Shown here: positions 10,101 to 20,200 of the stretch, in pieces
Numbering within the stretch: position 1 is the first letter of the stretch
Layout: each line of letters starts with the position of its first letter
DNA from: a virus
Virus record (IMG/VR): IMGVR_UViG_3300045988_039444
Reading direction: 5' to 3' (one strand)
DNA length: 64,000 bases
Made by a program: the position numbers and the translations under genes
The notes under the pieces: generated by a model
The model's database searches: none
The model's input: only the letters and a program-made list of their open reading frames with translations
Told to the model about the DNA's origin: nothing

Positions 10101-13100
10101 GTCTAAAAGCATCAGAACTTTCACGAGTAAAAGCAGCTTTAATCGCATCTATTGCTTTAGGATTACCAGCATTTTCTTCGATATATTCATCAATAAATCG
10201 AAGTGTTTGATTATACTTATCATTTACAAGTTCTTTTAAAGCTTTTACTGGATAATAATATTCAGCAAGTTTACGTTCTTTTTGGTCAGCCTTAAAGAAA
10301 CTATCAACCCTACTTTCACTTTTAAGCATAAAGTTAAGGTCAATCAAATTAGTAGCAATTTCATTATATTCAACAAAATTACCAAGAACGCTAATCTGAC
10401 GTAATAACCAATCTGCTGTACGATTATCACGATTTTTAATATTATCTAATAACTCTTCAGTAGTTTGATAACCATATTTACCACTGATTTCATTAATAGT
10501 TATATTCGGTAATTTATCTTTCAGTTCGTTAAGCTGTCCAACAGTAAGAGTTTTAGTTTTACTTTTACCACTTGCGACAGTCATTATGGCATCATGAGAT
10601 TCAACAGGAGTAATTTCTTTTTTAACAATTAAATCAGCATAAATCTTAGCAAGTTCTACACTATAATCAGAACGAATTGCTTCGACAGCATCAAGAATTG
10701 TAAAATTGCCACGACTTAATGATTGAACTTCCATTCGATTAACTGCTTCAACAATAGCAGGTTGATGAATAAAAGCATCCTCATTAGTAAACCTATTAGC
10801 TTTACCATTATAAAGTTCAATAGTAACACCAGATGATATAGCACGAGCTACACTTAAAGTATGAACATTAAGATTAAATCCAAGTCCAGCTTTAAGAACA
10901 TCAAGAATACCAGAAGTAAACTGATTCATTTGAAGTTCAACTCGCTCACCACTAATATCCAAATGTTCATTAAGTGCATCATTATTAATCCAAACATCAT
11001 TAACCCAAAGAGCATTTTCTTTTGGCAATAATTGGATATTTTCAGCACCATATCGTTTAGCTAAAAACTCTTTATATTTACTTGTTAATCGAGGTACACC
11101 TTTATCACTTACAGTGTACATTTCACTTCTATCAGTAAAACCTTTAGGTATCGGTAAAGAATTAAGACTAATTTTACGACGAATACCTTTAAGTAATCTA
11201 CCATGTAAAGTAGAAATTGTTGCGATTAAAGTATCGAAATTAACAGAGTGACCTTTAAGAACTGTTGAACCCATACTCATGTTATTAAGAGTAATCTTAT
11301 CCATGAGATTATTAGGATTCAAAGTTTTAAGAGTATAATTCCAAAAAGCATTATCACGGTCAGATACGGCTTGAATTTCAGCCATACCATTGGGTTTATT
11401 TACTTCTTCAGCATGATTTGGATTAGAAAGAACAGCTGTAATAATATCAATCAAATGATTATCACGAGCTTCTCTACTATTCAATTCATAAATACTCTCG
11501 TTTTGAACAAAGTCTTTTGTAAAAGCATTAAATGCCTTATCAATATTACTTTGAATAGCACTTAAATGAGGAATAATAGTTTTATCAGTATCTTCAACAA
11601 GATATTGGAATTTTGATTTAATAGTATCAAAATTACTAATTGTATCAGGAGAAATATTAATAGTAGCTAACTGACTATTAACATTCTTAACAAACTTAAT
11701 TAAATCATTGATTGCTTTATGAGCACGAATTAATAAATCCGAAGTATAAGCACGTTGAGTTTGAGTGTAATTACCAAAATCTTCAGTAACACCATCTCGC
11801 TTATTAGCAAGATACTCTCGAACTAAACTATTTACATCACCGTAATTCTTTGCAAATCCATACTGTAAATTATGCAGAATAGATTTAAGAATCTTAGTAT
11901 ATTCCGGATTACTTTTAACATCTTGCAAATCCTCTTTAATTAATTCAATTATATTATTAAGAGGAGATTGATTTGTATTAGTAGGTACTAAATTAGGATT
12001 ATAATATCGGCTAATCCACTTAATAATAGCATTAAAATTATGACTTGTTAAATTAGTAAATTTTTGCGGAGTAGTGGCTAATTCGATATACTTTTGCTTA
12101 AATACCGACCGTGTGAATTTACCCCCTACTTGGGCCTGCGAGGCATCAAATTTCGACTTAAATTCGACAGGTATATATTTGTCTTGCTCAAAAATTACAT
12201 TGCGATAGTAGGCGTAAATCGAGTCAATATCGAAGTCCCAGCCAGTACGAGTAATAAGACTTTGTGGGAATATAGCTTGTGTAGCATTATTATTAAGAAA
12301 ACCAACAACTTCAAATACAACCATTGATTGTTTACCCTCGGTAGGAATACGAATACCTATCATCCGACGAGCTTTGACATCAAGTTTGTCAATATCAACA
12401 GTTATAATATCCTTAGTTGTACCATCTTCATTAGTAATAGTTTTAACAGTACCAATATTTTTATAGAAATCCATTTTCCACGGATTAACTATAACTTCTG
12501 CATAATGATAATTTCCATCCTCACGATATTCAGCTTGTAATTCAAGACTTCTACCAGTTCGTTTACATTCTTTAATAAAACTTGAAGCGTATGTAATAGA
12601 ACCATTAGCAACAAGTTCATCAATCGTTTTATTATAAAGTTCTTTATCAGAATAGAACTCTTTATGTTTGATTAACTCATTACTTGCAGTAAATATGTCA
12701 GCTCGAATAGGAGCATGGAATCCGGGAAGATATTTATTAATAACTTGTTTACTTAACATAGAAGCAAGTATCTTCTCTAACTTACCTTTAATAACAGGAT
12801 AAGATAAAGGCATAATAGGAAGACCATCTTCTTTAATTTCAAGAGCTTTTCGAATAGTTATAGCATCAACATCATCCGATATAATTTCTTGAAAACGATT
12901 AACAAGTTTATTTATATCAATTTGAATAGCACCGCGAGCATCAGTTCGAATTTCACCATTCTCATCGATACCACCAATATCGTAAAGTAATTGCATAGCA
13001 TCTTCACGAATATTAGTAGCTAATGTCTTTTGAAATTCATCAAACAGTTCTTTACCAGTAACATTTTTGCCATCTAATTCATAAATAGCATTATTCCAAT

Positions 13101-16100
13101 CAAGACCTTCCATAATCTGCTTAACTAACTGACCACCTAAAATAGTAGTTTCATCAAGCAAATCAGCTTTAATATCTTGTTGAATAACAAAATCACTATC
13201 TCGCATATAAAGAATAGACCTATCATCTACTCGATTTAGTGCTTCAATATCAAGACCACCTTGGTCATTATGAATTTTAACTGGTGTAATACCAGATACT
13301 TTAACAGCAGAAATAGGACTAACTTGGTCAATATTATTTTGAATCATCCAATCATATAATTGACCAATAGCACTACCTCGTGTCATACTTTCAAAAAGAA
13401 CAACAGTTGAGTCTTTTATTTGAACACTATCTACTTCATCAGCAAATATATCAACTTCATTACCAGTTACAGCCGGAGCATGATAAAAATCACCACGGCG
13501 ACGACGAGTTGTACCAAACAATTTAACTTGTTCTACAACCTTAGCGTAAGATGTAGGATTAAATGTTTTAGTCGGGTCTTGTAAATCAGTAATATATTGA
13601 TACAAAGGTTCACTTGGATTCCAACGACCAGTGGCTTTCAAAAGTTTAATAAGACCTGCATCAGTCATAATAGACTGAGAATCATTAATAGTAGCAGTAG
13701 CACGATAAGCATCCAAAATAGCTTCATTTTGAATACCCATTTTATCAAGAATATTGCTATTGAAATTCATATCTTCCATAACAACAACCTTACGAGGAGT
13801 ATCATTATGAATTAAATCAATAGAATTAAGACCATTCTTAATAACTTGTGCTACACGTTTATTGAGGTCTACTGTATCTTTATATTCTTCAATATCACCA
13901 TTAAATATAGCGTTCATACTATGATTATAGATAGTATGATTAAGTAATACTTTAAGTAAACTTAATCGAACACCATCATTATCCATAATATCATAAGTAG
14001 CAAGAACGTGCTGACGAGCGCTATTTAACAAACTTTCTTTCTTTAATGTAGGGATAGTATCAAGAGTATATTCTTTACCATCAGCTTTGCGACGTTTAAT
14101 CCAATCATTAGCTTTCTGATTATATACTTCTTGAACTAAATCTGCTAAATAACTATCGAAAGTAGTAACGACACTTGTATCAGTTTTGATATTAGTATCG
14201 TAAATACTTTTAGCAATATTTTCAAAACTATCAACACCAGTTGTAGCATTCCAACGAATGTAAGCAGCTACAAAATCTCGAATATTACCAGTATTAGCAA
14301 CAAGATTTTCATCGTAAGGTTCATTACGAACTTGTGCAATCATATTACGATAAACTTCTGTAACATCTACATTATTTATCTTTGCAATATGAGCAGGTAA
14401 TGTGATATTCTTACCATTCTCAATATAAGTAATATTCAAGAACTGAAACGCCTTACCAGTCGGAATACCTTTTGCATCATAAATAGCTCTACCATTCCAA
14501 TACTTTCGATTATGACGAGTTTTCATTTGAGCAAAATTCTCGTCGCTATTATCTCTTAATTGGAATATAATTTGTCCAAAAGTATTAAACTTAAAGACAT
14601 CACTATTTACAATCTTTTCGATAGAATGAAAAACATTGGATTCTTCATTTATCGGATTATCTGTTATACGAACAAACTTATTTCGTGCAACAATATTATC
14701 TAAATATTCAGTTACATAAGAATATATACGAGGAGCATGAGTAGCTAACCTACTACTAATACCATTCATCGGAAGATAAATATTTAATCCACGAGAAATA
14801 GCATCATTAATAAATGGAACTACTCGACTTTCAAAATCTTTTACATAGGCATCATAATCTGCATCAGTAAAATAATCTGTTGTCGTAGGTTTATTCGGAG
14901 TAATATTCTCACCCTTAAAACCATCAATTTCGATAGTATTTTTAAGACCTCGAATAGATTCTTGTCCAGATGTTGCTGGAGCACCTATCGCACGACTTTT
15001 AGTATTACCTGAGAAAATAAATACCGATTTAGGATGTGCTGCAACAGCGGCAGGTGTATAATTAGAACCAAAAGTCTTAACGTGAATTGAAGTACGAGGC
15101 TTAGAAGAATCTTTAATAAATAAATCATCAACTTCAAGTCGTTTTGTAGTCATCATATAACTACGAGGACTATCAGATGTTAAAAATACATATTGACCAA
15201 ACATATTAAGAATAACTTCGGTATATGTATAAAGAGCACCTTGTACTTCACGATATTTCAAACCTTTATTTCCAATCTTAACACCATTAAATGCAGATAA
15301 TGCAAACTGATAACGACGTTCAACATCAGAAATAAATACAGGATTTACTTCGTATTCACCAATACTATTTTTAGTGAATATACCAAGACCAGTCTTTTCA
15401 TCATAAATAAGAATATTATCTTCTGCACCCGGAGCAGTTAAAGTTGGGTCATTGAGATAATCCTTAAATATATGTTTAATATATTCAGTATTTACACCAG
15501 TACGAGTAACAAATCCACGAAGGAACTTTGTAAGCATACTATCATACTGAGGTGAATAATTAAGTTTACCTTGAACATCAAGATAACTCATATTCGTAAA
15601 ACTGTTAAAATCATAAGTAGCAATTTGTGCTAATGAATATAAATATCCATTAATATTATGTGCAGGAATTTCTTTGCCACGATATGTATTAACACGATGT
15701 TTAGTATCGTTAACTACATTTTCAAGAAGAGAATTAACTCTTGAATATACTTCATTAGCATTATCGTTCGCATTATAATATTGAGTAAGAGCATCACGAG
15801 TAATTGCTAATCCTAAATAATTAATTACAGACATCTGTTTATCTAACAGAGCTGCTTTATCAATCTTACTACGTCTTGAAATAGGTTCAAAAATACGTTT
15901 AGATTTAGGATTAGTATAAAGTACATCATTCAGATTATTATATAATCCAAATTCAATATTTGTACTTAAAATACTTTCAAATCTATCAATATATGTTTTA
16001 ACACCAAATGATTCTCGATTATTCTGATAAATCGTAGCATTATTACCACCTTCTAATGCCATAATATTTACAGGAATAACAGCAAGTTTAATTCCAGAAA

Positions 16101-17292
16101 TATAAGCATTTACAAAAGAATTATCATAATCAGAAGCAGCAGAACCATCATCTTCAAATACTCGTTGGAATATTTCAAGAATAGGAGTAAACTCATCATT
16201 TATAGCTGCAAGTTGTTGCAATCTATTATATACATCTTGAGGTTGAATATCGTAAAGATGTGCCTCAATAAGTTTATTCCATAAAACATTAATATCAATA
16301 GGAGCAGGAATATACGCTTTGTTAGCAGTTCTATTTTTGAAATTACTCGAACCTACAAGAAGAGCTATTTGAGCTTTAACATGAGATGCTAACGTATTCT
16401 TTCTGTCAATACGTTCTTTTTGCAAATCATCCCACATTACCTCAATATCTTCAATAACATCACGTTGTCCTTCTTCTGTACTTTCATCATCAACAATCCG
16501 ATTATTCTGATAAGCACGCTTACGATTAATACCATAGTTCTTATCAATATAATCAAGAAAATAATTAAAGATTTGACTATTACCTTTATTCAAATCAGTA
16601 AGTACATTTGCTACAAAAATATCGTTGAATCTTGTAGGAATAAAATTAGGTCGAGCTTTATACTCTTCAAGTTCTTTATTAAACTCAGCAAGAATTAAAG
16701 CCTTAAATCCACTACGAGAAACATCTCGATAATTAGCTCCAAAACGAGCTTGTCTTTGTTCCGCAGTAAGACCTTTTAACTTAAAGTAAGCAGCAGTTAA
16801 AACACGAGCCATATAAGCATAATCCATCTCATCAAATGTAGCAGTATTTACAATAGACGGATTAAAAGCGTGTTTAATATCAAGACCTAATGCGTTACCA
16901 AGAGATTCAAAATCTTTACGAATATCTTCACTATAAGTTTCATCTGTCGAAAGAGCAGCTAATACAGATTCTAATTTAAGTTCTCCACTTGTATAAACGG
17001 GATAACCCGTAGCTCCATAAGGAGTACGGGCATCCGCTTCTGCATATAAAAACGCTGTAAGAATACGACGCTTAAAAGCATTTTCTAATGACACATCAGC
17101 ATTATCTTCAGCATAACCTCGAATATTATTATAATCTTTAATAGTAGGTAAAACACCTTTTCCCATTAAAGATGTAATAATATCTTCAATAGGCTTAGTC
17201 TTAAAAGACTTCATTTGATGATAAAGACCAGATTTCTCAAGTCTTCCATCAGCAGTTAAACGATAAGGTTCAGGACTACATTGTGCATTCAT
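4114..17292 (-). CDS. Giant virion-type protein (4392 aa). Candidate crAss-like virion-packaged RNA polymerase, carrying a DFDID motif resembling the DxDGD/DbDGD catalytic loop of double-psi beta-barrel RNAPs.
   Basis: Uninterrupted 13.2-kb ORF in AT-rich DNA. Contains …TRTGWDFDIDSIYAYY… (encoded about 12222-12236). Sits at the distal end of the structural array, as giant RNAP-like proteins do in Crassvirales. The assignment is inference. Confidence 0.8.
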   Translation of the reverse strand: MNAQCSPEPYRLTADGRLEKSGLYHQMKSFKTKPIEDIITSLMGKGVLPTIKDYNNIRGYAEDNADVSLENAFKRRILTAFLYAEADARTPYGATGYPVYTSGELKLESVLAALSTDETYSEDIRKDFESLGNALGLDIKHAFNPSIVNTATFDEMDYAYMARVLTAAYFKLKGLTAEQRQARFGANYRDVSRSGFKALILAEFNKELEEYKARPNFIPTRFNDIFVANVLTDLNKGNSQIFNYFLDYIDKNYGINRKRAYQNNRIVDDESTEEGQRDVIEDIEVMWDDLQKERIDRKNTLASHVKAQIALLVGSSNFKNRTANKAYIPAPIDINVLWNKLIEAHLYDIQPQDVYNRLQQLAAINDEFTPILEIFQRVFEDDGSAASDYDNSFVNAYISGIKLAVIPVNIMALEGGNNATIYQNNRESFGVKTYIDRFESILSTNIEFGLYNNLNDVLYTNPKSKRIFEPISRRSKIDKAALLDKQMSVINYLGLAITRDALTQYYNANDNANEVYSRVNSLLENVVNDTKHRVNTYRGKEIPAHNINGYLYSLAQIATYDFNSFTNMSYLDVQGKLNYSPQYDSMLTKFLRGFVTRTGVNTEYIKHIFKDYLNDPTLTAPGAEDNILIYDEKTGLGIFTKNSIGEYEVNPVFISDVERRYQFALSAFNGVKIGNKGLKYREVQGALYTYTEVILNMFGQYVFLTSDSPRSYMMTTKRLEVDDLFIKDSSKPRTSIHVKTFGSNYTPAAVAAHPKSVFIFSGNTKSRAIGAPATSGQESIRGLKNTIEIDGFKGENITPNKPTTTDYFTDADYDAYVKDFESRVVPFINDAISRGLNIYLPMNGISSRLATHAPRIYSYVTEYLDNIVARNKFVRITDNPINEESNVFHSIEKIVNSDVFKFNTFGQIIFQLRDNSDENFAQMKTRHNRKYWNGRAIYDAKGIPTGKAFQFLNITYIENGKNITLPAHIAKINNVDVTEVYRNMIAQVRNEPYDENLVANTGNIRDFVAAYIRWNATTGVDSFENIAKSIYDTNIKTDTSVVTTFDSYLADLVQEVYNQKANDWIKRRKADGKEYTLDTIPTLKKESLLNSARQHVLATYDIMDNDGVRLSLLKVLLNHTIYNHSMNAIFNGDIEEYKDTVDLNKRVAQVIKNGLNSIDLIHNDTPRKVVVMEDMNFNSNILDKMGIQNEAILDAYRATATINDSQSIMTDAGLIKLLKATGRWNPSEPLYQYITDLQDPTKTFNPTSYAKVVEQVKLFGTTRRRRGDFYHAPAVTGNEVDIFADEVDSVQIKDSTVVLFESMTRGSAIGQLYDWMIQNNIDQVSPISAVKVSGITPVKIHNDQGGLDIEALNRVDDRSILYMRDSDFVIQQDIKADLLDETTILGGQLVKQIMEGLDWNNAIYELDGKNVTGKELFDEFQKTLATNIREDAMQLLYDIGGIDENGEIRTDARGAIQIDINKLVNRFQEIISDDVDAITIRKALEIKEDGLPIMPLSYPVIKGKLEKILASMLSKQVINKYLPGFHAPIRADIFTASNELIKHKEFYSDKELYNKTIDELVANGSITYASSFIKECKRTGRSLELQAEYREDGNYHYAEVIVNPWKMDFYKNIGTVKTITNEDGTTKDIITVDIDKLDVKARRMIGIRIPTEGKQSMVVFEVVGFLNNNATQAIFPQSLITRTGWDFDIDSIYAYYRNVIFEQDKYIPVEFKSKFDASQAQVGGKFTRSVFKQKYIELATTPQKFTNLTSHNFNAIIKWISRYYNPNLVPTNTNQSPLNNIIELIKEDLQDVKSNPEYTKILKSILHNLQYGFAKNYGDVNSLVREYLANKRDGVTEDFGNYTQTQRAYTSDLLIRAHKAINDLIKFVKNVNSQLATINISPDTISNFDTIKSKFQYLVEDTDKTIIPHLSAIQSNIDKAFNAFTKDFVQNESIYELNSREARDNHLIDIITAVLSNPNHAEEVNKPNGMAEIQAVSDRDNAFWNYTLKTLNPNNLMDKITLNNMSMGSTVLKGHSVNFDTLIATISTLHGRLLKGIRRKISLNSLPIPKGFTDRSEMYTVSDKGVPRLTSKYKEFLAKRYGAENIQLLPKENALWVNDVWINNDALNEHLDISGERVELQMNQFTSGILDVLKAGLGFNLNVHTLSVARAISSGVTIELYNGKANRFTNEDAFIHQPAIVEAVNRMEVQSLSRGNFTILDAVEAIRSDYSVELAKIYADLIVKKEITPVESHDAIMTVASGKSKTKTLTVGQLNELKDKLPNITINEISGKYGYQTTEELLDNIKNRDNRTADWLLRQISVLGNFVEYNEIATNLIDLNFMLKSESRVDSFFKADQKERKLAEYYYPVKALKELVNDKYNQTLRFIDEYIEENAGNPKAIDAIKAAFTRESSDAFRRHYKPKDVKGNPLAAITYSDMKRFRAELPKRNDIMTRRELIEDLAVGYETPNKVILDNGKDIIESIFVGSFEGYLDGNKFNDTENQSAYGVIQARYQYAHWLMANGFGDVFITRNHHITNTILGQILQRKNSIDESTYKYVTDSIMNYLVSINGGLDNGLVKVLPILTPDNTPEVLTTLGIHTEEQLKEQKLIFKTLLNTVKDGYTPESFTQYTKLSLAQQIQFIQKDSTLRDYIEKSPEFRGDNIFKYLTVRKNNRSVPYDVIRIQRDDNDVNSWSNMTDSILRMWDSKIPYIAHTIRQLLVYTYVTEGFNYAYNVSKYIPIELISTNRLNAEYDALCREVHYPDPSVNLGNYAENLRNAEKAVFDGNVDITPVMSLISRMKSDMNPVLLSDIQKRYRWEANKNKATIGYVQNANGENVGIGSYIDENGNTQNFYIETEARLINSEYANAEYVTERITRSKNRVYKRYKITTNTNNPLKDIYVFLPVNPLLRNEASLMTGDISIIPTYQEGMMAQVQKDGETIVTDRLSVIIDSDTIHKFMLAIDDNESVQMDENSDFNDANMIETEDAIDSTVDAETEDVIDTDVASVSDTDFEVLNSVEVTTPTFINIEHTHSSASDVIYNELESSATSIFITTQATHSFYKGYHKSAIQVDYNKSAYEEALRIAPMLKNGNLYINGDVLIDANRDFNYLDDWTKTFISNLYRINPIMTSVSTVLNDGVGRIVAETYIDVPRRNINIYGDNEKLYSRVVHADVPTRDGLRNSLVVDSNIAIETLKIMDRIQKFLNNNNVGNREEFMNILKSFDDESFEGGIQSALEERDIAAMKATYSRLANLSSSVYDAIKQLWAITKDLNYEEIRSNYGAALDYKDRLVMMLKLASHFSPYLTLEEIKIQDTVYDAESEEGKELFTKEFGELNNNIARLKSLATKVAGIRSNVIQSVKDVVTWAVIDKSRNPKYITAFSKIKEYLASHNGSLEGFDVNSVEITEDEWLEIQHLLFELDKDINKTQLWLDSAFTTGITLIDITGKAWDEANYKAKKAAQRINDELESALEEFQPGLSKNARAREKLMHKFINEYGDLIGSYKTEGLGDSTGTLRKDIRDAIYQNLYTDSGFVTRATAEKTLEIVDDIIKKYNENHTWNIVPLNDNEAAKHLAELTELSNREKLVYLQTHDLIELSLITDISGKRENVLYKLDFGNTPVSDEYAALSDKEQKLLNTIRNLIQRTIREYDGNWINYYGRWDEVMPFIPQATLGQSAKQFVSIPMIHKDRYYTDIDGTKRFVTKAQTLQVPKHIPVFNIRKKYKSESYTEYEARIVELFSEWFDKNNKLPVTVKPSTLREIRHYNDAVMLENKKYKANVMSYDIVDVMKGFTQELYNLRAINNFETDYQLTKYLMNERGVSGVAPRDIIKNANEQLNNMERRIFNFSKYNSALDVSAGALLRYTSMTFMYLNYTAGITNILKGVTDMIVESTANNFVESKDIMKSGLRDVIKTIPHFLRDINSTRTDDILVAIIKDFDDIYQDTRDVTSSDTGTSYWIKAMRMVDTVGYAPNNMGEFIMQFGMLLAATQSHRVVGGKIMAFNDFYNDNLEKLLQDVLTNEQYDKYLIFKEDLDAEIAREEKRTSKEYLWNHDYASQYLKSHYNLLSDEQRKKIVDSRKTDKKVQREAFDKYNTLRSELKLVNGRLSFNPESGLTEETLSEFRGRVKAINQSLHGIYNRVDRNSLQDAAFGDLLMQFKKWVRPNFVRYFGRRFGRIFYNEQLGSYEVPIFNPMFDMFRSGSQAFKDSLNDNNTVIDYMKGIGNFFKGVSSWLLNVGFYYNTLPLNEQIATMKFARLMGALAFSALAAMTLGAFKKDDDDEDNILYQHAMYAATTYYQQMIEPMPVFGWMATIEQTANSLFAGQKTLQSAYKLVNLTIQGLWVDDDELIYDRGIYKGQDKRAVALRQAVPVLRQINKFNNLGATMSYYNMYNPFGITFSGVREMISPKDSDNYEDE

Positions 17293-17295
17293 AAA

Positions 17296-20200
17296 CTAAC
17301 AAATTTTGTTATTATTGTCATCAATATATTTATCAATAAATTCGATTACATATCCACCGTTTGAAGATACAACATTTTTCTGATTATTCAAAACATTTTC
17401 AGAACTATTTGAAAAAACCTGACCAGTGGGCGTCAAACCCACTCCCCCACCGGGTATTACTATGTTCGGGCCAATATCAGAAACATCAAGACTATTAAGT
17501 GTTTCAGAATTATTGTCATCAAACGTAATTTCACCGTCATCATCAAGGAAATCCAATTCAGCTTGAGCTGCTCTTTGATTTTCTGTCAGAGGTACATCAG
17601 ATGTTTTAATAGGTTCCGTAACTGATAAATTATCATGTGTTGCATCATTTGTAACATTAGTTTGATTAGTTGTAACTGAGGTTGGCTCCGCTGCTGGGCT
17701 TCGCCCAGCGCTCCGCTCCCCGGTGGGAGAGGAGGTTGCACGCCCACTGGTCGGACTTTTTGCGCGTCGGCTATTCACACTATCCAAACTATTAATTACT
17801 ATATTTCGTACATTACTAAGTAAACTATTATCTGTAATTGTATCTATACCAATAACAGAAAGAATTGCATCAATAATTTTATCCCAAAGACTTTTACGTT
17901 TCTTGATCTTCGGAGCTTCTTCTACGATAATTCTATTTGCCAAATTAGCAAACTGTTTATTTGTAAAAGCATAAGTAACTATTTCAGCAGGAGTTTCACT
18001 TAATATTTTAAGATATGTACGAAGATAACCAAGTTCAAGTTCAGTTAAATCGCTCTTATATTTAGCATTAAATTCTTTAGCGTCAACCTTAAATGCGGTA
18101 TCATTAATATCGCTAATTAATGTAGCAAGTTTATCGTATAATTCTTTAGAATTAGCTTGTTGTTCAAAATACTTATGAAGAGATTCATGAGTAATATTAA
18201 CACCTAAATCAGTAGCAGTAAAATCACGTTTAGTAAGTTTATTACTATTGATAACGATAGTTTCAGTACCTTTATCATATTGAGCAATTATGAAATCTTG
18301 TTTACTCGATAGTTTCTTAATACTGAAATTAGTTTTACCATCAGCATAAATTCTATCATATAATTCAGCGATTCTGTTAGCAACATCTTCAGATACAAAA
18401 TCAGGTATAACACCTAATACCCTAAGACCTGCTACTTTATCATCTGTAATATTAACAAGTTTTTGATACCAGTTTGTTTCAGTATCACTTGTCATTGAAC
18501 TTAATGTTGTAATTGCTTTAACAGCAAATTCTTTCGTCATATCTTCTGATTCTCGAATAGGATTATCAGAACTTTCAGATTTAAGTTCAAAGAACATTGC
18601 AGGTTGAATAGAATCAATAGTATAATTGGTAACAACATTACCATTGGTATCTCTAATTCCAATAACACTTGTTGTTAAAGCGCCGGTGTCAAGAATAAAA
18701 TCTTGCATCGAATCAAATGTTGAAGAAACAGATTTATCAACGATACCTTGTTGTTTAGCCCAATCAAGTATTTTAGATTTATATTGACCTTTAACTGCTG
18801 CGTAACCATCATCTGTTTTAACACCATAAGTATAATGGTCGCCTTGCAATGCAGTAGTAACACTACGTTGCATATTACCATACAGTTTACGGAATAGATT
18901 ATGATTAAGTAAATCAGTTAAATCTTTACCAGTAATACCTCTTGCTTGCAAATCAATTACAGCGTAAGTTCCTTTGTTAGATTTACTCTTTTCAATAATA
19001 CCATTTAATTGAGCAAGTTCTCGTGCTGTAAAAGGACTCTTAGCAATACGAACTTTTGAAGTAGTTCTATTAACTGGAATTACTCTACGACTTAATCGAA
19101 GTTTAACAGGAGTAAATTTATCACCAGATTTAGTATATTCAATACTAATTCTATTGATATAACTTATTCCATTTCCAAGTATATTCTTTTTACGAACAAC
19201 TGTTTGGAAATCTAAATGTTTAATATAACGAGTTTTTCCAGTAGCAGGGTCTGTATTTTCGTAAAGAGAACTAATGTTAAACCATTCAGCTCCCGGAACT
19301 CCACGATTATAACTTGTAATGATAGCTTCTGATAAAGGAGCTAATCGACTACGAATATTAGCATTGTGAGCTTTAGTTCGAGTCTTATTAGTATCATCTA
19401 CAAGAGTATACAGACCAGATTTAGCATCAGTCGGAAGAGATGTAAACGTAGCATCTGAAATAATATCACTCATAGTTTGAGTAACAAATTCCATAGCAGC
19501 TACATTAAACGGTGTATCTGCAACATCACTTACTAAATTACCACGATGTAACGGAACATAACTTTTTCCATTTTCACCAGCATTAGCTTGAATTTCAGCA
19601 TACATTTGGAAATGCCTATCAGATGAAGTAATTTTATCTTCAACAATAGGATTATTAAATGCAGTGTCAGTAGTAAGTGATGAAACTAACATTAAACCAT
19701 CAGCATCAGGCTGACGTTGAATAATATTAACAGCAGGTTTACCATTAACTGTAACAGTACGTTGCATCTCTTCATTTACATTAGCTCGATAACCACTTGA
19801 ATCGGCAAATGTAATAGGAGATTTATTAATACCTTTTAATACTAAAATTGCAGAACCTTTTTCTTTAATTTCAGTAACAAGTTTTTGACTTTGAATAAAG
19901 TCATTTCCAAGTTTAGTATTTAGATTCTGATAAGCGTTCTTGATTCTAAGTCCATAACGAACATAATCATTAAGATTTTTAAGTCTTACGTTATAAAACA
20001 TAGGACTAATAAGATAATAAACCTTATTTAAATCAAGAGCTTCAATATCAAACGCTTCAGGACTAACACCTTCGACTTCGGTATTATATTGGATAGCTCC
20101 AATAAAAGCATTGATTATTTCAGAATGTTCAGTTTTTGATGTATTACCATATTTATCTAATTCTTTAATAATTGATTTCAGTTTTGAAACAACTGAATCA

